56,808 nt of DNA from Bacteroidota bacterium (GTDB lineage: Bacteria; Bacteroidota; Bacteroidia; Bacteroidales; JAADGE01). This document shows, piece by piece, positions 1 to 9,840 of the stretch. The stretch lies in NCBI GenBank assembly GCA_024277895.1, contig JAJRUH010000065.1, positions 1 to 56,808 of the forward strand. Direction: 5' to 3'. The translations under genes were made by a program, and so were the position numbers. A model generated the notes under the pieces. That model worked only from the letters and a program-made list of their open reading frames with translations. It was not told the origin of the DNA and did no database searches. Position 1 is the stretch's first letter; the number at the start of each line of letters is the position of its first letter.

Positions 1-1749
1 AATAATGAAATTAAAGAACTGGAATTTGCAGAACTTCGGGAAATAAAACGAATTTTAACTGAAATTACCGATATTCTAAGACCGTATTTTGAAGATTTAA
101 TATTAACTTACGATTTTATGGCAACCATTGATTTCATAAGAGCGAAAGCATTGTTTGCTGTTGATACAGAAGCAGTAAAACCAAAAATAACAGATAAAAA
201 TAACATCGAATTTCTGAATGCCAAACATCCCTTGCTCTATCTTGCACATAAAAAATCAGATAAAAAAGTCATCCCTTCAGACATAAAATTAAATAAAGAA
301 CAACGCATATTAATTATTTCCGGACCTAATGCCGGCGGAAAATCCGTAGCTCTTAAAACTACGGCAATTTTACAATATATGCTGCAATGCGGTTTGTTAA
401 TTCCTGTCAGAGATATTTCCGTAACCGGAATTTTTAAAAATATTTTTCTTGATATTGGTGATGAACAATCTATTGAAAATGATTTGAGCACTTACAGTTC
501 TCATCTTCAAAATATGAAATACTTTACGGAAAATGCTGATGAAGAAAGCCTGATTTTAATTGACGAATTCGGTACCGGAACAGAACCTATGCTCGGAGGT
601 GCTGTTGCCGAAGCCGTTTTGGAACAAATTCACAAAACAGGTGCAAAAAGTGTTATTACAACTCATTACACTAATTTAAAGCACTTTGCAGATAATAACG
701 AAGGAATAATTAATGCTGCAATGTTGTATGATAATGAAAAAATGTTGCCGCTTTATAAAATGGAAATCGGGAAACCGGGAAGTTCATTCGCTTTTGAAAT
801 AGCCGAAAAAACAGGTTTAAGCAGGGCTGTTTTAGAACTTGCAAAATCCAAAATCGATAAAAATCAAATTGACTTTGAAAAAGCATTAAAACAAGCACAA
901 CACGAAAAAAGAAAACTCAAACAAAGTAAACGAAACATCAGAAATACAGAAAATAAACTCAGTGAAACACTGGAAAAATATGAAAGTGAACTCGAAAACC
1001 TTCTGCAAAAGAAAAAAGAAATTTTAAAAACAGCAAAAAACGAAGCAGAGGAAATTTTAAATTCAGCAAACAAAAAAATTGAAAAAACAATTCTGGAAAT
1101 TAAAAGAAAAAATGCCGAAAAAGAACAAACAAAACAACTTCGTAAAGAACTGAACGAGTACATAATCAAAGAAAAAGAAAAACAACAATTGGTAAATGAG
1201 AAAATCGAAAAAAACATTGAAAAACTGAAACAGAAAAAAAACAGCCGTAAAAAAAATACTTCGAAAACTCAAACAGAAGTTAAAAAAACCAAAATATTAC
1301 AAAAAGGTGATTATGTGAAGATTAAAGGATTAGATACCATCGCAGAAGTCATTTCAATAAAAAAACACAAAGCAATAATAACAGGAAATAATGTTCAATT
1401 AACAGTTGATACCGACAAACTCGAATTTACAAACCAAAAACCGCGAAAAACAAACAAATCAACTATAAACATTATCAGAAACTCTGACCCCGAACCGGAC
1501 AATTTTCTTGCACAACTTGACGTAAGAGGCAAACGAGCCGAAAATGCTTTATTTGAAGTTACAAAATATATAGATAATGCAATTGTAAAGCAAACACGAC
1601 ATTTAAAAATACTCCACGGTACCGGTAACGGAATTTTAAGAGAAGTTATCAGAGATTATTTACGAACACATCAATTAGTCAAAAATTTTAAAGATGAACG
1701 TATTGAAGCCGGCGGTGCCGGAATAACCTTAATTGAATTAGATATTTAA
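1..1749 (+). CDS. mutS2: Endonuclease MutS2 (MutS ATPase, coiled coil, KOW, Smr); 5'-truncated by the window edge
   Basis: Frame open from base 1; Walker A GPNAGGKS, DIGDEQSIENDLSTYSSH, LIDEFGTGTEP, TTHY; C-terminal Smr LDVRGKR...ILHGTGNGIL...GGAGIT. Confidence 0.95.
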   Translation, partial: NNEIKELEFAELREIKRILTEITDILRPYFEDLILTYDFMATIDFIRAKALFAVDTEAVKPKITDKNNIEFLNAKHPLLYLAHKKSDKKVIPSDIKLNKEQRILIISGPNAGGKSVALKTTAILQYMLQCGLLIPVRDISVTGIFKNIFLDIGDEQSIENDLSTYSSHLQNMKYFTENADEESLILIDEFGTGTEPMLGGAVAEAVLEQIHKTGAKSVITTHYTNLKHFADNNEGIINAAMLYDNEKMLPLYKMEIGKPGSSFAFEIAEKTGLSRAVLELAKSKIDKNQIDFEKALKQAQHEKRKLKQSKRNIRNTENKLSETLEKYESELENLLQKKKEILKTAKNEAEEILNSANKKIEKTILEIKRKNAEKEQTKQLRKELNEYIIKEKEKQQLVNEKIEKNIEKLKQKKNSRKKNTSKTQTEVKKTKILQKGDYVKIKGLDTIAEVISIKKHKAIITGNNVQLTVDTDKLEFTNQKPRKTNKSTINIIRNSDPEPDNFLAQLDVRGKRAENALFEVTKYIDNAIVKQTRHLKILHGTGNGILREVIRDYLRTHQLVKNFKDERIEAGGAGITLIELDI

Positions 1750-1851
1750 AATGCAAAATAAAAAGTTTGCAAAGCTGAAAATTGAAAAATTATCCTAAAA
1801 ATTCACTCACCAAAAAATATTTCCGTATTCCGCAATTAACAATAAAACAAA

Positions 1852-1877
1852 AAAACTTTTTCGGTTTTAAAAGTTTT
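1852..1877. promoter_or_regulatory. Putative TetR operator, AAAACT-N14-AGTTTT
   Basis: Inverted repeat just upstream of the -7 box of tetR; the same motif and spacing recur at 2529-2554. Confidence 0.65.
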
Positions 1878-1880
1878 CAT

Positions 1881-1888
1881 TACTTTTG
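1881..1888 (+). promoter_or_regulatory. Bacteroidetes sigma70-type -7 element (TACTTTTG)
   Basis: Matches TANNTTTG, 23 nt before the tetR ATG. Confidence 0.6.
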
Positions 1889-1911
1889 CCGGATATTACA
1901 TAATTTTAAGA

Positions 1912-2511
1912 ATGGATACAAAACAACGAATAATTGAAGAATCACTGAACTTATTTATTCACTACGGAATTAAAAGTATCACGATGGATTCTATTTCTGA
2001 AACTCTCGGTATATCAAAACGAACCATTTATGAATTATTTAAAGACAAAGATGATTTATTGAAAAATTGTATTCAATATAAGATTACAGAATCAGAAAAA
2101 GCAAACCGTGAAATTATCAAAAATTCAGAAAATGTTATAGACGCATTTCTTACTCACATTAAAAGAAATGTTGAAATAATGAAAGTAATAAATCCCTTAT
2201 TCTTTTTTGACGCAAAGAAATATCATCCCGAAGTTTTCAAATTAACAGGAAAAGAACATGAAAAAAAAGGATGTAAGCAAATTATTGAATTAGTCAGTCA
2301 AGGGAAAAAAGACGGTTATATTCGATCGGATGTTAATGCAGATATAATAGCAAAACTAATTACCGAACAATTCAAAATCTTAGGGAATGACGATTTATTT
2401 CCTCCGGACAAATACTCCAAATCTGAAATTTTTGAAAACATTGCCGTTAATTTTATCAGAGGCATTGCTACCGAAAAAGGTTTAGCAGTAATAAATAAAC
2501 ATAAACTTTAA
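1912..2511 (+). CDS. TetR/AcrR family transcriptional regulator
   Basis: N-terminal HTH GIKSITMDSISETLGISKRTIYELF; lies upstream of the RND pump genes. Confidence 0.92.
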   Translation: MDTKQRIIEESLNLFIHYGIKSITMDSISETLGISKRTIYELFKDKDDLLKNCIQYKITESEKANREIIKNSENVIDAFLTHIKRNVEIMKVINPLFFFDAKKYHPEVFKLTGKEHEKKGCKQIIELVSQGKKDGYIRSDVNADIIAKLITEQFKILGNDDLFPPDKYSKSEIFENIAVNFIRGIATEKGLAVINKHKL

Positions 2512-2528
2512 AAAAATTTACCCGAAAC

Positions 2529-2554
2529 AAAACTTTAAATAATAAAATAGTTTT
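2529..2554. promoter_or_regulatory. Second putative TetR operator, AAAACT-N14-AGTTTT
   Basis: Same half-sites and 14-nt spacer as 1852-1877; upstream of tolC. Confidence 0.6.
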
Positions 2555-2606
2555 ATAAGTACAAACATAAAAATAAGAAAATTATACAAACAAATAAAAT
2601 AATAAA

Positions 2607-3917
2607 ATGAAACTTTTTTTAAAAATAACTTTTATAAGTGTGTTGAGTCTGAGCACTTTATATCTAAAAGCTCAGGAAAAAGAGCCGCTGATTCTGACTG
2701 TTGACAGTGCTGTGAATTACGCTGTTAAACATAACAAAACTTTAATAAATTCAAGATATGCCGTTAATAAATCATCGCAAAAAATAAAAGAGACTATTGC
2801 AGCAGGATTGCCTCACATTAATGCATCTGCCGATTACAATAATTTCTTAGGTGCCGAAGCTTCTCTGCAATTAAACCCTATGGCTCCCCCGGCAGTTATT
2901 GAATTTAACCCCACAAGCAGTTTTAAAGCAAGTGCAAGTCAGTTAATTTTCAGCGGAAATTTTATAGTCGGCATTCAAATATCAAAACTCGCAAAAAAAA
3001 TTACCGAAAAAAAATATTATAAAGATGAATTAAACGTAAAAGAACAAACAATACAAGCATATTATATGGTTTTAATAAATCAGCAGATTTTAAAAATAAT
3101 AAAAGAAAATAAAGAAAATGCCGAAGCAACATATACCAAAACACAAAATATGGCAAATGCCGGATTAACAGAACAAACCGAAGCAAAAAAATTATCGGTT
3201 ATGGTAACAAGTGTAAATAATGAATATAAGGCAGCTGAAAGACGATTAGAATTAGCATATAATTTATTAAAACTTCAATTAGGATTAGAACCCGATCAGG
3301 CAATTACACTCACTTCAGATATTAACGATATCGAACAAAGAACTATTCTGCAATCATCAGTTATTCCGGATTCTTTTAACATAAAAAACAATATTGATTA
3401 TCAGTTAATTTCTATGCAGGGAGATATTTCCGAAAAACAAATACAAATGCAAAAAGCAAATTATTTACCCACTCTCACAGCATTTTATTCTCATACAGAA
3501 AAAATATTAAAACCCTATTTTGATATGACTCCGAAAGATGTACTCGGACTGCAACTTAATATTCCGATTTTTTCAAGCGGAGAAAGAAGAGCAAAATTAA
3601 ATCAAGCTGAAATTGATTACGATATTAATAAAAACACAAAAGAATTAGTTAATCAGCAATTAACTATGACAGAAATTCAATTAATGTATAATTATAAAAA
3701 TTTATCGGAACAATACGAAAACCAAAAAACTAATGTTGTAATAGCCAAAGAAATACTTGACCAAATGAATTTAAAATTCAAACAAGGCATTATTTCAAGT
3801 CTCGAACTTACAAGTGCCAATAATGACTATTTAAAAGCCCAATCTGATAAAATAAGCACTTTGCTTCAATTATTAAATGCAGATCTTGCTTTAAAAAAAT
3901 TAAATAATAATCTGTAA
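2607..3917 (+). CDS. TolC family outer membrane efflux protein
   Basis: Signal peptide, two OEP-like repeats (AAGLPHINAS..., ANYLPTLTAF..., LNIPIFSSG); precedes MFP and RND genes. Confidence 0.9.
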   Translation: MKLFLKITFISVLSLSTLYLKAQEKEPLILTVDSAVNYAVKHNKTLINSRYAVNKSSQKIKETIAAGLPHINASADYNNFLGAEASLQLNPMAPPAVIEFNPTSSFKASASQLIFSGNFIVGIQISKLAKKITEKKYYKDELNVKEQTIQAYYMVLINQQILKIIKENKENAEATYTKTQNMANAGLTEQTEAKKLSVMVTSVNNEYKAAERRLELAYNLLKLQLGLEPDQAITLTSDINDIEQRTILQSSVIPDSFNIKNNIDYQLISMQGDISEKQIQMQKANYLPTLTAFYSHTEKILKPYFDMTPKDVLGLQLNIPIFSSGERRAKLNQAEIDYDINKNTKELVNQQLTMTEIQLMYNYKNLSEQYENQKTNVVIAKEILDQMNLKFKQGIISSLELTSANNDYLKAQSDKISTLLQLLNADLALKKLNNNL

Positions 3918-3928
3918 AATCCTATAAA

Positions 3929-4981
3929 ATGAATATCAATAAAATTATCACATTCTCAATAATTGCCGGAATATTAAGTTTTACTGCATCATGCTCTTCA
4001 AAAAAAGAAGATAATTCACGAAATAAAGCAGAAATCAAACAGGCAATCCCCGTAAAAACGATGATATTAAAAAAAGAAAAAATTAGCAGAACTATTAATT
4101 ACACCGCTACTTTAATCCCATTTAAAGAAGTGTATTTAGCACCCGCAACACCGGGTAAAATCGAAAAAATATATGTCAAAACAGGTGATTTTGTTAAAAA
4201 AGGACAAATTGTAGCCGTAATGAATCGAACTAACCTTGAACAAGCAAAATTAAATTTGATAAATCTTGAAACAAATTATAAAAGATCAGATACACTAAAA
4301 AAAACAAATACCATTTCCGACCAACAATACGACCAAGTAAAAACAGCTTATGAAGCAGCTAAAGTAAGCTATCAGTTCCTTTTGGATAATACACAATTGA
4401 AAGCACCTTTCAGCGGAGTAATATCCGGCAAATATTTTGAAAATAATGAAAATTTTTCCGGTGCACCTAATACCAAAGTCGGAAAATCTGCAATAGTAAA
4501 AATAGTAAAAATAAATGAACTGAAGGCTCTTATCGGAATATCAGAATCTTACTTTCCGCAAATAAAAGAAGGAATGAAAGTAACTGTTAAAAGCGACGTT
4601 TATCCTGATATAAATTTTGAAGGGGAAATTTTTCAAAAATATCCGACCATCGACAATACAACAAAAACTTTTACTGTTGAAATTAAAATTCATAATAAAA
4701 ATTTAAAACTGCGTCCGGGTATGTTCGCTGAAATTAAACTTAATCTCAATAAAGGTAACGCCGTTCTTGTTCCTACAATTGCCTTAATTAAACAAACCGG
4801 CACTGATAACATGTATGTGTTTATGAATAAAAATAATATTGCCGTAAAACAACCGGTTACAACAGGTCGAATGATTGATGATAAAACTGAAATTACAAAA
4901 GGTTTAAAAGAAGGTAACGAAATAATTGTTGTAGGACAAAATAAACTGAAAGACCAAACAGCAATAACCATCATTAAATAG
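3929..4981 (+). CDS. RND efflux periplasmic adaptor (MFP), lipoprotein
   Basis: Lipobox TASC, GKIEKIYVKTGDFVKKGQ, KAPFSGVI, LRPGMFA. Confidence 0.93.
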   Translation: MNINKIITFSIIAGILSFTASCSSKKEDNSRNKAEIKQAIPVKTMILKKEKISRTINYTATLIPFKEVYLAPATPGKIEKIYVKTGDFVKKGQIVAVMNRTNLEQAKLNLINLETNYKRSDTLKKTNTISDQQYDQVKTAYEAAKVSYQFLLDNTQLKAPFSGVISGKYFENNENFSGAPNTKVGKSAIVKIVKINELKALIGISESYFPQIKEGMKVTVKSDVYPDINFEGEIFQKYPTIDNTTKTFTVEIKIHNKNLKLRPGMFAEIKLNLNKGNAVLVPTIALIKQTGTDNMYVFMNKNNIAVKQPVTTGRMIDDKTEITKGLKEGNEIIVVGQNKLKDQTAITIIK

Positions 4982-5019
4982 TATGTAATAAATACTAATA
5001 ATTTATAAAAATAAAAATT

Positions 5020-8000
5020 ATGAGTTTATACAGTACAGCAGTAAAAAAACCGGTCAGTACCGTTATGATATTTATCGGAGTAGTAATATTCGGACTTTAT
5101 TCATATTTACAACTGCCCGTAGATTTTTTCCCTAAAATGGATCCTCCTATAATCTCAATTTTTACTTTCTATCCCGGAGCAGATGCCGAAGACGTTGAAC
5201 AAAATATTACAAAAAAAATTGAAGACAGAATGGGTTCCATTACCAATCTGAAAAAAATATCTTCTTCTTCAAAAGATAACACATCAGTAGTTACACTCGA
5301 ATTTGAATGGGGAGCCAACTTAGATGAAGCAACCAACGAAATTCGTGATGCCGTAGGTATGGCAGAACGATATTTACCTGACGGCGTTGAAAGCCCCACA
5401 ATTTTCAGATTAAACACAAGTATGATACCGGTAATTATGTTTTCGGTAACATCCGACGAAAGCTACGAAGGTATAAAAGACATATTAGAAAATAAAGTTA
5501 TTCAACCGCTTAATCGCATCGAAGGTGTAGGAAATATTATAGAAATAGGTGCACCGGTAAGGGCAATAATGGTAGATGTCGATCCGCGAAAATTAGATGC
5601 ATATAACCTGAGCGTCGAGCAAATCGGCAGTATTTTAGCAGCTGACAATATTAATTTACCTTCAGGAAGTTTGGAAATGGGAAAATCAGATTTCCCGCTT
5701 CGCCTTCAGGGTGAGTTTAAAAACAGTGAAGCAGTTAAAAATATTATTATAAGCAATTTTAACGGAAAACCGGTATATCTCCGAGATATTGCTACTGTTC
5801 GCGACAGTTTAAAAGATATTAATTCTTACGAAAGAGCTAACGGAGGTAAAAATGTCCGCCTGATGGTTCAAAAACAATCAGATGCAAACACCGTTACCGT
5901 TGCAAATAAAATAAAAGAAAAACTTGAAAAAATTAAACCGACATTGCCTTCTGACGTTAAAATAGATGTTCTTATGGATTCATCTCTTAACACTATGTCT
6001 GCAATAAATAATCTGACAGAAACCATAATGTTTGCTCTGTTCTTTGTAATAATTGTTGTCCTCTTTTTTATGGGCAGATGGCGAGCTACTCTTATTGTCT
6101 CCGTTTCAATTCCTATTTCACTTATTGCAGGTTTTATTTATATGTATCTATCTGGCGATACCATAAATATTATAACTCTTTCATCTCTATCAATAGCCAT
6201 AGGTATGGTGGTTGACGATTCTATTGTGGTACTCGAAAATATTACAAAAAAATTAGAAAGAGGCGGCTTTGCCCGAGAATCGGCTATATACGGAACCAAC
6301 GAAGTAAGTCTTGCCGTTATTGCTTCCACAATGACAATTGTAGCAGTTTTTCTTCCCTTAACTATGCTCGGAGGTATGACAGGAATTCTCTTTAAACCGT
6401 TAGGTTGGGTTGTTACTATTTCTATTGTTACTTCGGTTATTGTTTCTCTCACACTTGTTCCCATGTTGTCTTCAAAAATTTTAAGTGTTAAAGAACCAAG
6501 CAAAAAAAGTATCGGCGGAAAACTCTATTATTTTTCTCAGGGGCTCCTGAATAAACTCGACAATTTTTATGCAAAAACGCTTACTTGGGCAATAGCTCAT
6601 CGTTGGTTAGTACTCGGCGGAGCAACAATAATTTTCGTTTCATCCCTTTTCCTTACAAAACTTATCGGTTCCGAATTTATGCCTGCCTCCGATAACGACA
6701 GAATATCGGCACAAGTAAAATTAGCACAAGGTGTTAAATTAGACGAAACCATAAAAACGGCAGAATATTTAGATTCTGTTTTTATGAATAAGAAAAAATA
6801 TCCCGGGATAAATATAGTATCAACAAGTGCCGGTGCCGGCGATGAAAACAGCTTATCATCAATATTTACCGAAACCGGAAATTATATTATCAATTTTACT
6901 TTTGCTATGAAGCAGAGAAAGAATCGTAAAAAAGATATTTTTCAGATTGGAGAAGAAATGCGAAAAGATATTGAAAAATTACCCGAAGCAGAAACATATT
7001 ACGTTGATCCCGGAAGTTCCAGAAAAGCTAAAATGTTGGGAGGAGGAGGAGGAAGTACTATGGAAGTCAAAATATACGGTAATAACTTTAACCAAACCAA
7101 TATAATTGCCGAAAAAATATCTGATGCATTAAAAAATATTAAAGGCACAAAAGATATTTTAATAAGCCGCGATAAAGATAAAGCAGAATTACAATTAGTT
7201 TTAGACCCGCAAAAAATGACTTCTTTCGGTTTAAATACAGCAATGGTTGCAACAGCAATCAGAAACCGAATTACCGGACTTACCGCAACAGTGTACAAAG
7301 AAGACGGCAATGAATATGATGTAATTGTACGTTATGCCGATAAATACAGACACACAACCGAAGATGTAGAAAATATCAGTATTATGACACCTGTGGGGAA
7401 ATTAGTAAAAGTTGGTGAAATAACAAAACTAAAAAGGTTTTATTCACCTCCGAATATTGAGCGTGAAAATAAAGTACGCGTTGTTACTGTTTCATCTGCT
7501 CTTTCCGGCATTGATTTAGGAACATTAAAATCGTTACTTGAAAAAAAGATTGCTGAAATGAATATTCCTAATAATGTCAATATAGAATTTGGCGGCAGCG
7601 TTGAAGATATGCAAGATTCATTCAAAAGCCTGTTTATGCTTATGATATTGATTATACTGTTGGTTTATATCGTTATGGCATCTCAGTTTGAATCCCTGTC
7701 AGAACCTTTTATCATTATGTTCTCTATTCCGTTCGCTTTTACGGGAGTTTTCGCAGCTCTGTATCTTTTTCACACAACTATCAATGTTATTTCAATGATT
7801 GGGGCAATTATGCTGATAGGTATTGTAGTGAAAAACGGTATCGTTTTAGTCGATTATATTAATTTATTGGTTGACAAAGGGTATTCTTTGAAAAAAGCAG
7901 TTATTGCCGGCGGTCGTTCTCGTTTACGCCCTGTTTTAATGACTTCAATAACTACCATTCTCGCTATGTTACCGATGATTTTACTGAAAGGCAGCGGTTC

Positions 8001-8166
8001 TGAAATGTGGCGACCTATGGGTGTTGCCGTATTCGGCGGATTAACATTTTCAACAGTAGTAACTTTAGTCTTAATTCCGACAATTTATACCATCTTCGGA
8101 ATGGGAAAAATCAAAAGAAAAAGAAAAGCAATTGAAAAAACTCAAAAGAATTTAAATGTTCGGTAA
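5020..8166 (+). CDS. RND efflux permease (AcrB/AcrD/AcrF family)
   Basis: 1048 aa; GMVVDDSIVVLENI, GIVVKNGIVLVD, RLRPVLMT. Confidence 0.96.
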   Translation: MSLYSTAVKKPVSTVMIFIGVVIFGLYSYLQLPVDFFPKMDPPIISIFTFYPGADAEDVEQNITKKIEDRMGSITNLKKISSSSKDNTSVVTLEFEWGANLDEATNEIRDAVGMAERYLPDGVESPTIFRLNTSMIPVIMFSVTSDESYEGIKDILENKVIQPLNRIEGVGNIIEIGAPVRAIMVDVDPRKLDAYNLSVEQIGSILAADNINLPSGSLEMGKSDFPLRLQGEFKNSEAVKNIIISNFNGKPVYLRDIATVRDSLKDINSYERANGGKNVRLMVQKQSDANTVTVANKIKEKLEKIKPTLPSDVKIDVLMDSSLNTMSAINNLTETIMFALFFVIIVVLFFMGRWRATLIVSVSIPISLIAGFIYMYLSGDTINIITLSSLSIAIGMVVDDSIVVLENITKKLERGGFARESAIYGTNEVSLAVIASTMTIVAVFLPLTMLGGMTGILFKPLGWVVTISIVTSVIVSLTLVPMLSSKILSVKEPSKKSIGGKLYYFSQGLLNKLDNFYAKTLTWAIAHRWLVLGGATIIFVSSLFLTKLIGSEFMPASDNDRISAQVKLAQGVKLDETIKTAEYLDSVFMNKKKYPGINIVSTSAGAGDENSLSSIFTETGNYIINFTFAMKQRKNRKKDIFQIGEEMRKDIEKLPEAETYYVDPGSSRKAKMLGGGGGSTMEVKIYGNNFNQTNIIAEKISDALKNIKGTKDILISRDKDKAELQLVLDPQKMTSFGLNTAMVATAIRNRITGLTATVYKEDGNEYDVIVRYADKYRHTTEDVENISIMTPVGKLVKVGEITKLKRFYSPPNIERENKVRVVTVSSALSGIDLGTLKSLLEKKIAEMNIPNNVNIEFGGSVEDMQDSFKSLFMLMILIILLVYIVMASQFESLSEPFIIMFSIPFAFTGVFAALYLFHTTINVISMIGAIMLIGIVVKNGIVLVDYINLLVDKGYSLKKAVIAGGRSRLRPVLMTSITTILAMLPMILLKGSGSEMWRPMGVAVFGGLTFSTVVTLVLIPTIYTIFGMGKIKRKRKAIEKTQKNLNVR

Positions 8167-8251
8167 TATACAAATTTCAGTAATTATTAGTTTCTTTGAA
8201 CAGCTTTTTTACAAAAATTTATTTTAAAAATAATTATTAATCTTTATTCTA

Positions 8252-8545
8252 ATGAAAGCAGTATTTATATCATATAACCAGTCAATTAGTTTTGAAGTAC
8301 AACAAATATTAAACGAATTATCCGTTCGCGGTTATACCCAATGGACAGATATTAAAGGAAAAGGTTCTGTAAAAGGCGAACCTCATGAAGGCACTCACAC
8401 TTGGCCCGAATTAAATAATGCACATTTAACCATTGTTGAAGACCAAAAAGTATCTCCCTTGCTTAAAAAACTGAAAATATTAGACTTAAAATCAGAACAA
8501 CAGGGTTTGCGTGCATTTGTATGGAATATTGAAGACAGAATATAA
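8252..8545 (+). CDS. PG0541 family transporter-associated protein (P-II-like)
   Basis: 97 aa with RGYTQW...GKGS..GEPHEGTHTWP and GLRAFVW, directly after the RND permease. Confidence 0.85.
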   Translation: MKAVFISYNQSISFEVQQILNELSVRGYTQWTDIKGKGSVKGEPHEGTHTWPELNNAHLTIVEDQKVSPLLKKLKILDLKSEQQGLRAFVWNIEDRI

Positions 8546-8556
8546 CTAATTTAAAA

Positions 8557-9123
8557 ATGCACAAAAATTTCGACAAAAAGATATTCACGTTTCGTTTGCT
8601 CTTAAACGATTTAGCTTTCCTTATTTCTAATACCGGCAATATATCAGCCGCTATGCACAATAAACAAATAGGCAAAGTATTTATGGAAAAAATAATGTCC
8701 GTAGTTACAGCAGTCAACGATTGCAGATATTGCACATGGTATCACGCCAAACAAGCCGCAGCAAGCGGAATAAGCGAAAAAGAAATAAAAAATATGCTCA
8801 ATTTGCAATTTCATTCGGATGCCTCCGATTTTGAGGTTCCCGCTTTACTTTACGCTCAGCATTATGCCGAAACAAACAGAAATGTTGACAAAGAAATGAC
8901 AAAAAAGTTGATTGATTTCTATGGTGAGAAAACCGCAAAACATATTATTCTGATGATCAGAATGATATTCTTCGGAAATCTTTCAGGTAATACTTTCGAT
9001 GCTTTTATTAGCCGATTAAAAGGGAAAAAAGCCGAAAACAGCAATATAATTTTTGAAGCAGTTTTTTTTCTGTTAAATGCTCCTTTTATGCTTCCTTTAA
9101 TTCCTTTTACAAAAAAAAATTGA
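8557..9123 (+). CDS. AhpD / carboxymuconolactone decarboxylase family protein
   Basis: EKIMSVVTAVNDCRYCTWYH, an AhpD-core CxxC..H motif; hydrophobic C-terminus. Confidence 0.8.
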   Translation: MHKNFDKKIFTFRLLLNDLAFLISNTGNISAAMHNKQIGKVFMEKIMSVVTAVNDCRYCTWYHAKQAAASGISEKEIKNMLNLQFHSDASDFEVPALLYAQHYAETNRNVDKEMTKKLIDFYGEKTAKHIILMIRMIFFGNLSGNTFDAFISRLKGKKAENSNIIFEAVFFLLNAPFMLPLIPFTKKN

Positions 9124-9164
9124 AAAAAATAAGCAAATAATTTCTTCATTGCAGAAACTTGTTA

Positions 9165-9172
9165 TATTTTTG
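9165..9172 (+). promoter_or_regulatory. -7 promoter element (TATTTTTG) for the second tetR operon
   Basis: TANNTTTG 25 nt before ATG 9198. Confidence 0.55.
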
Positions 9173-9197
9173 TACAGAAAAACGAATATAGTCAGTT

Positions 9198-9785
9198 ATG
9201 GTAAATGGTAAAATTGAAAAAACACGTGAGAAAATCTTACAAGTTGCCGATAAATTATTCGGTCACTACGGTTTTTATAAAACATCAATGGATGAAATTG
9301 CAAAAATAGCACGTAAAGCAAAAGGTTCATTATATTATCATTTTGCAAGCAAGGAAGAACTGTTCAAAGAAGTTGTTGCAAAAGAAATTCAAAACTTAAA
9401 ACACGAATTAAACGAAATTGTAAATTCAAATCTTAATGCAAAAGATAAAATTAAAGCATATTTAATTAAACGAATGCAAATTGTTGAAAATGCTTCAAAT
9501 TACCACGAAACACTTAAAGCAGATTTTTATGAACATTTCGATTTTATCGACGGTCTGCGCAATGATTTAGATAACTGGGAAAAAAATAAAACAAGACAAA
9601 TAATTAATGAAGGCATTGAAAACGGTGAATTTGTGGAAATGCAAAATACAAAAGTTATTCTTGATGTTTTCATTATGGTTCTCAAAGGTTTAGAAATACC
9701 GTTCTTTATCCAAGGTAAATATAAAGAATTAGAACCCTATTTCGATGATATGTTGGGAATTTTAATCAGGGGTATATCAAAATAA
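9198..9785 (+). CDS. TetR/AcrR family transcriptional regulator
   Basis: HTH GFYKTSMDEIAKIARKAKGSLYYHFASKEELF. Confidence 0.92.
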   Translation: MVNGKIEKTREKILQVADKLFGHYGFYKTSMDEIAKIARKAKGSLYYHFASKEELFKEVVAKEIQNLKHELNEIVNSNLNAKDKIKAYLIKRMQIVENASNYHETLKADFYEHFDFIDGLRNDLDNWEKNKTRQIINEGIENGEFVEMQNTKVILDVFIMVLKGLEIPFFIQGKYKELEPYFDDMLGILIRGISK

Positions 9786-9840
9786 TTTTGAGGTAAATAT
9801 TAGAATTTACCCTAATAATATTAATTCAAACATAAAAAAG

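Noticed and set aside
860-1300. A-rich low-complexity stretch as a repeat or phase-variation tract
   Set aside because: Explained by the Lys/Glu-rich coiled coil of MutS2; the reading frame is intact
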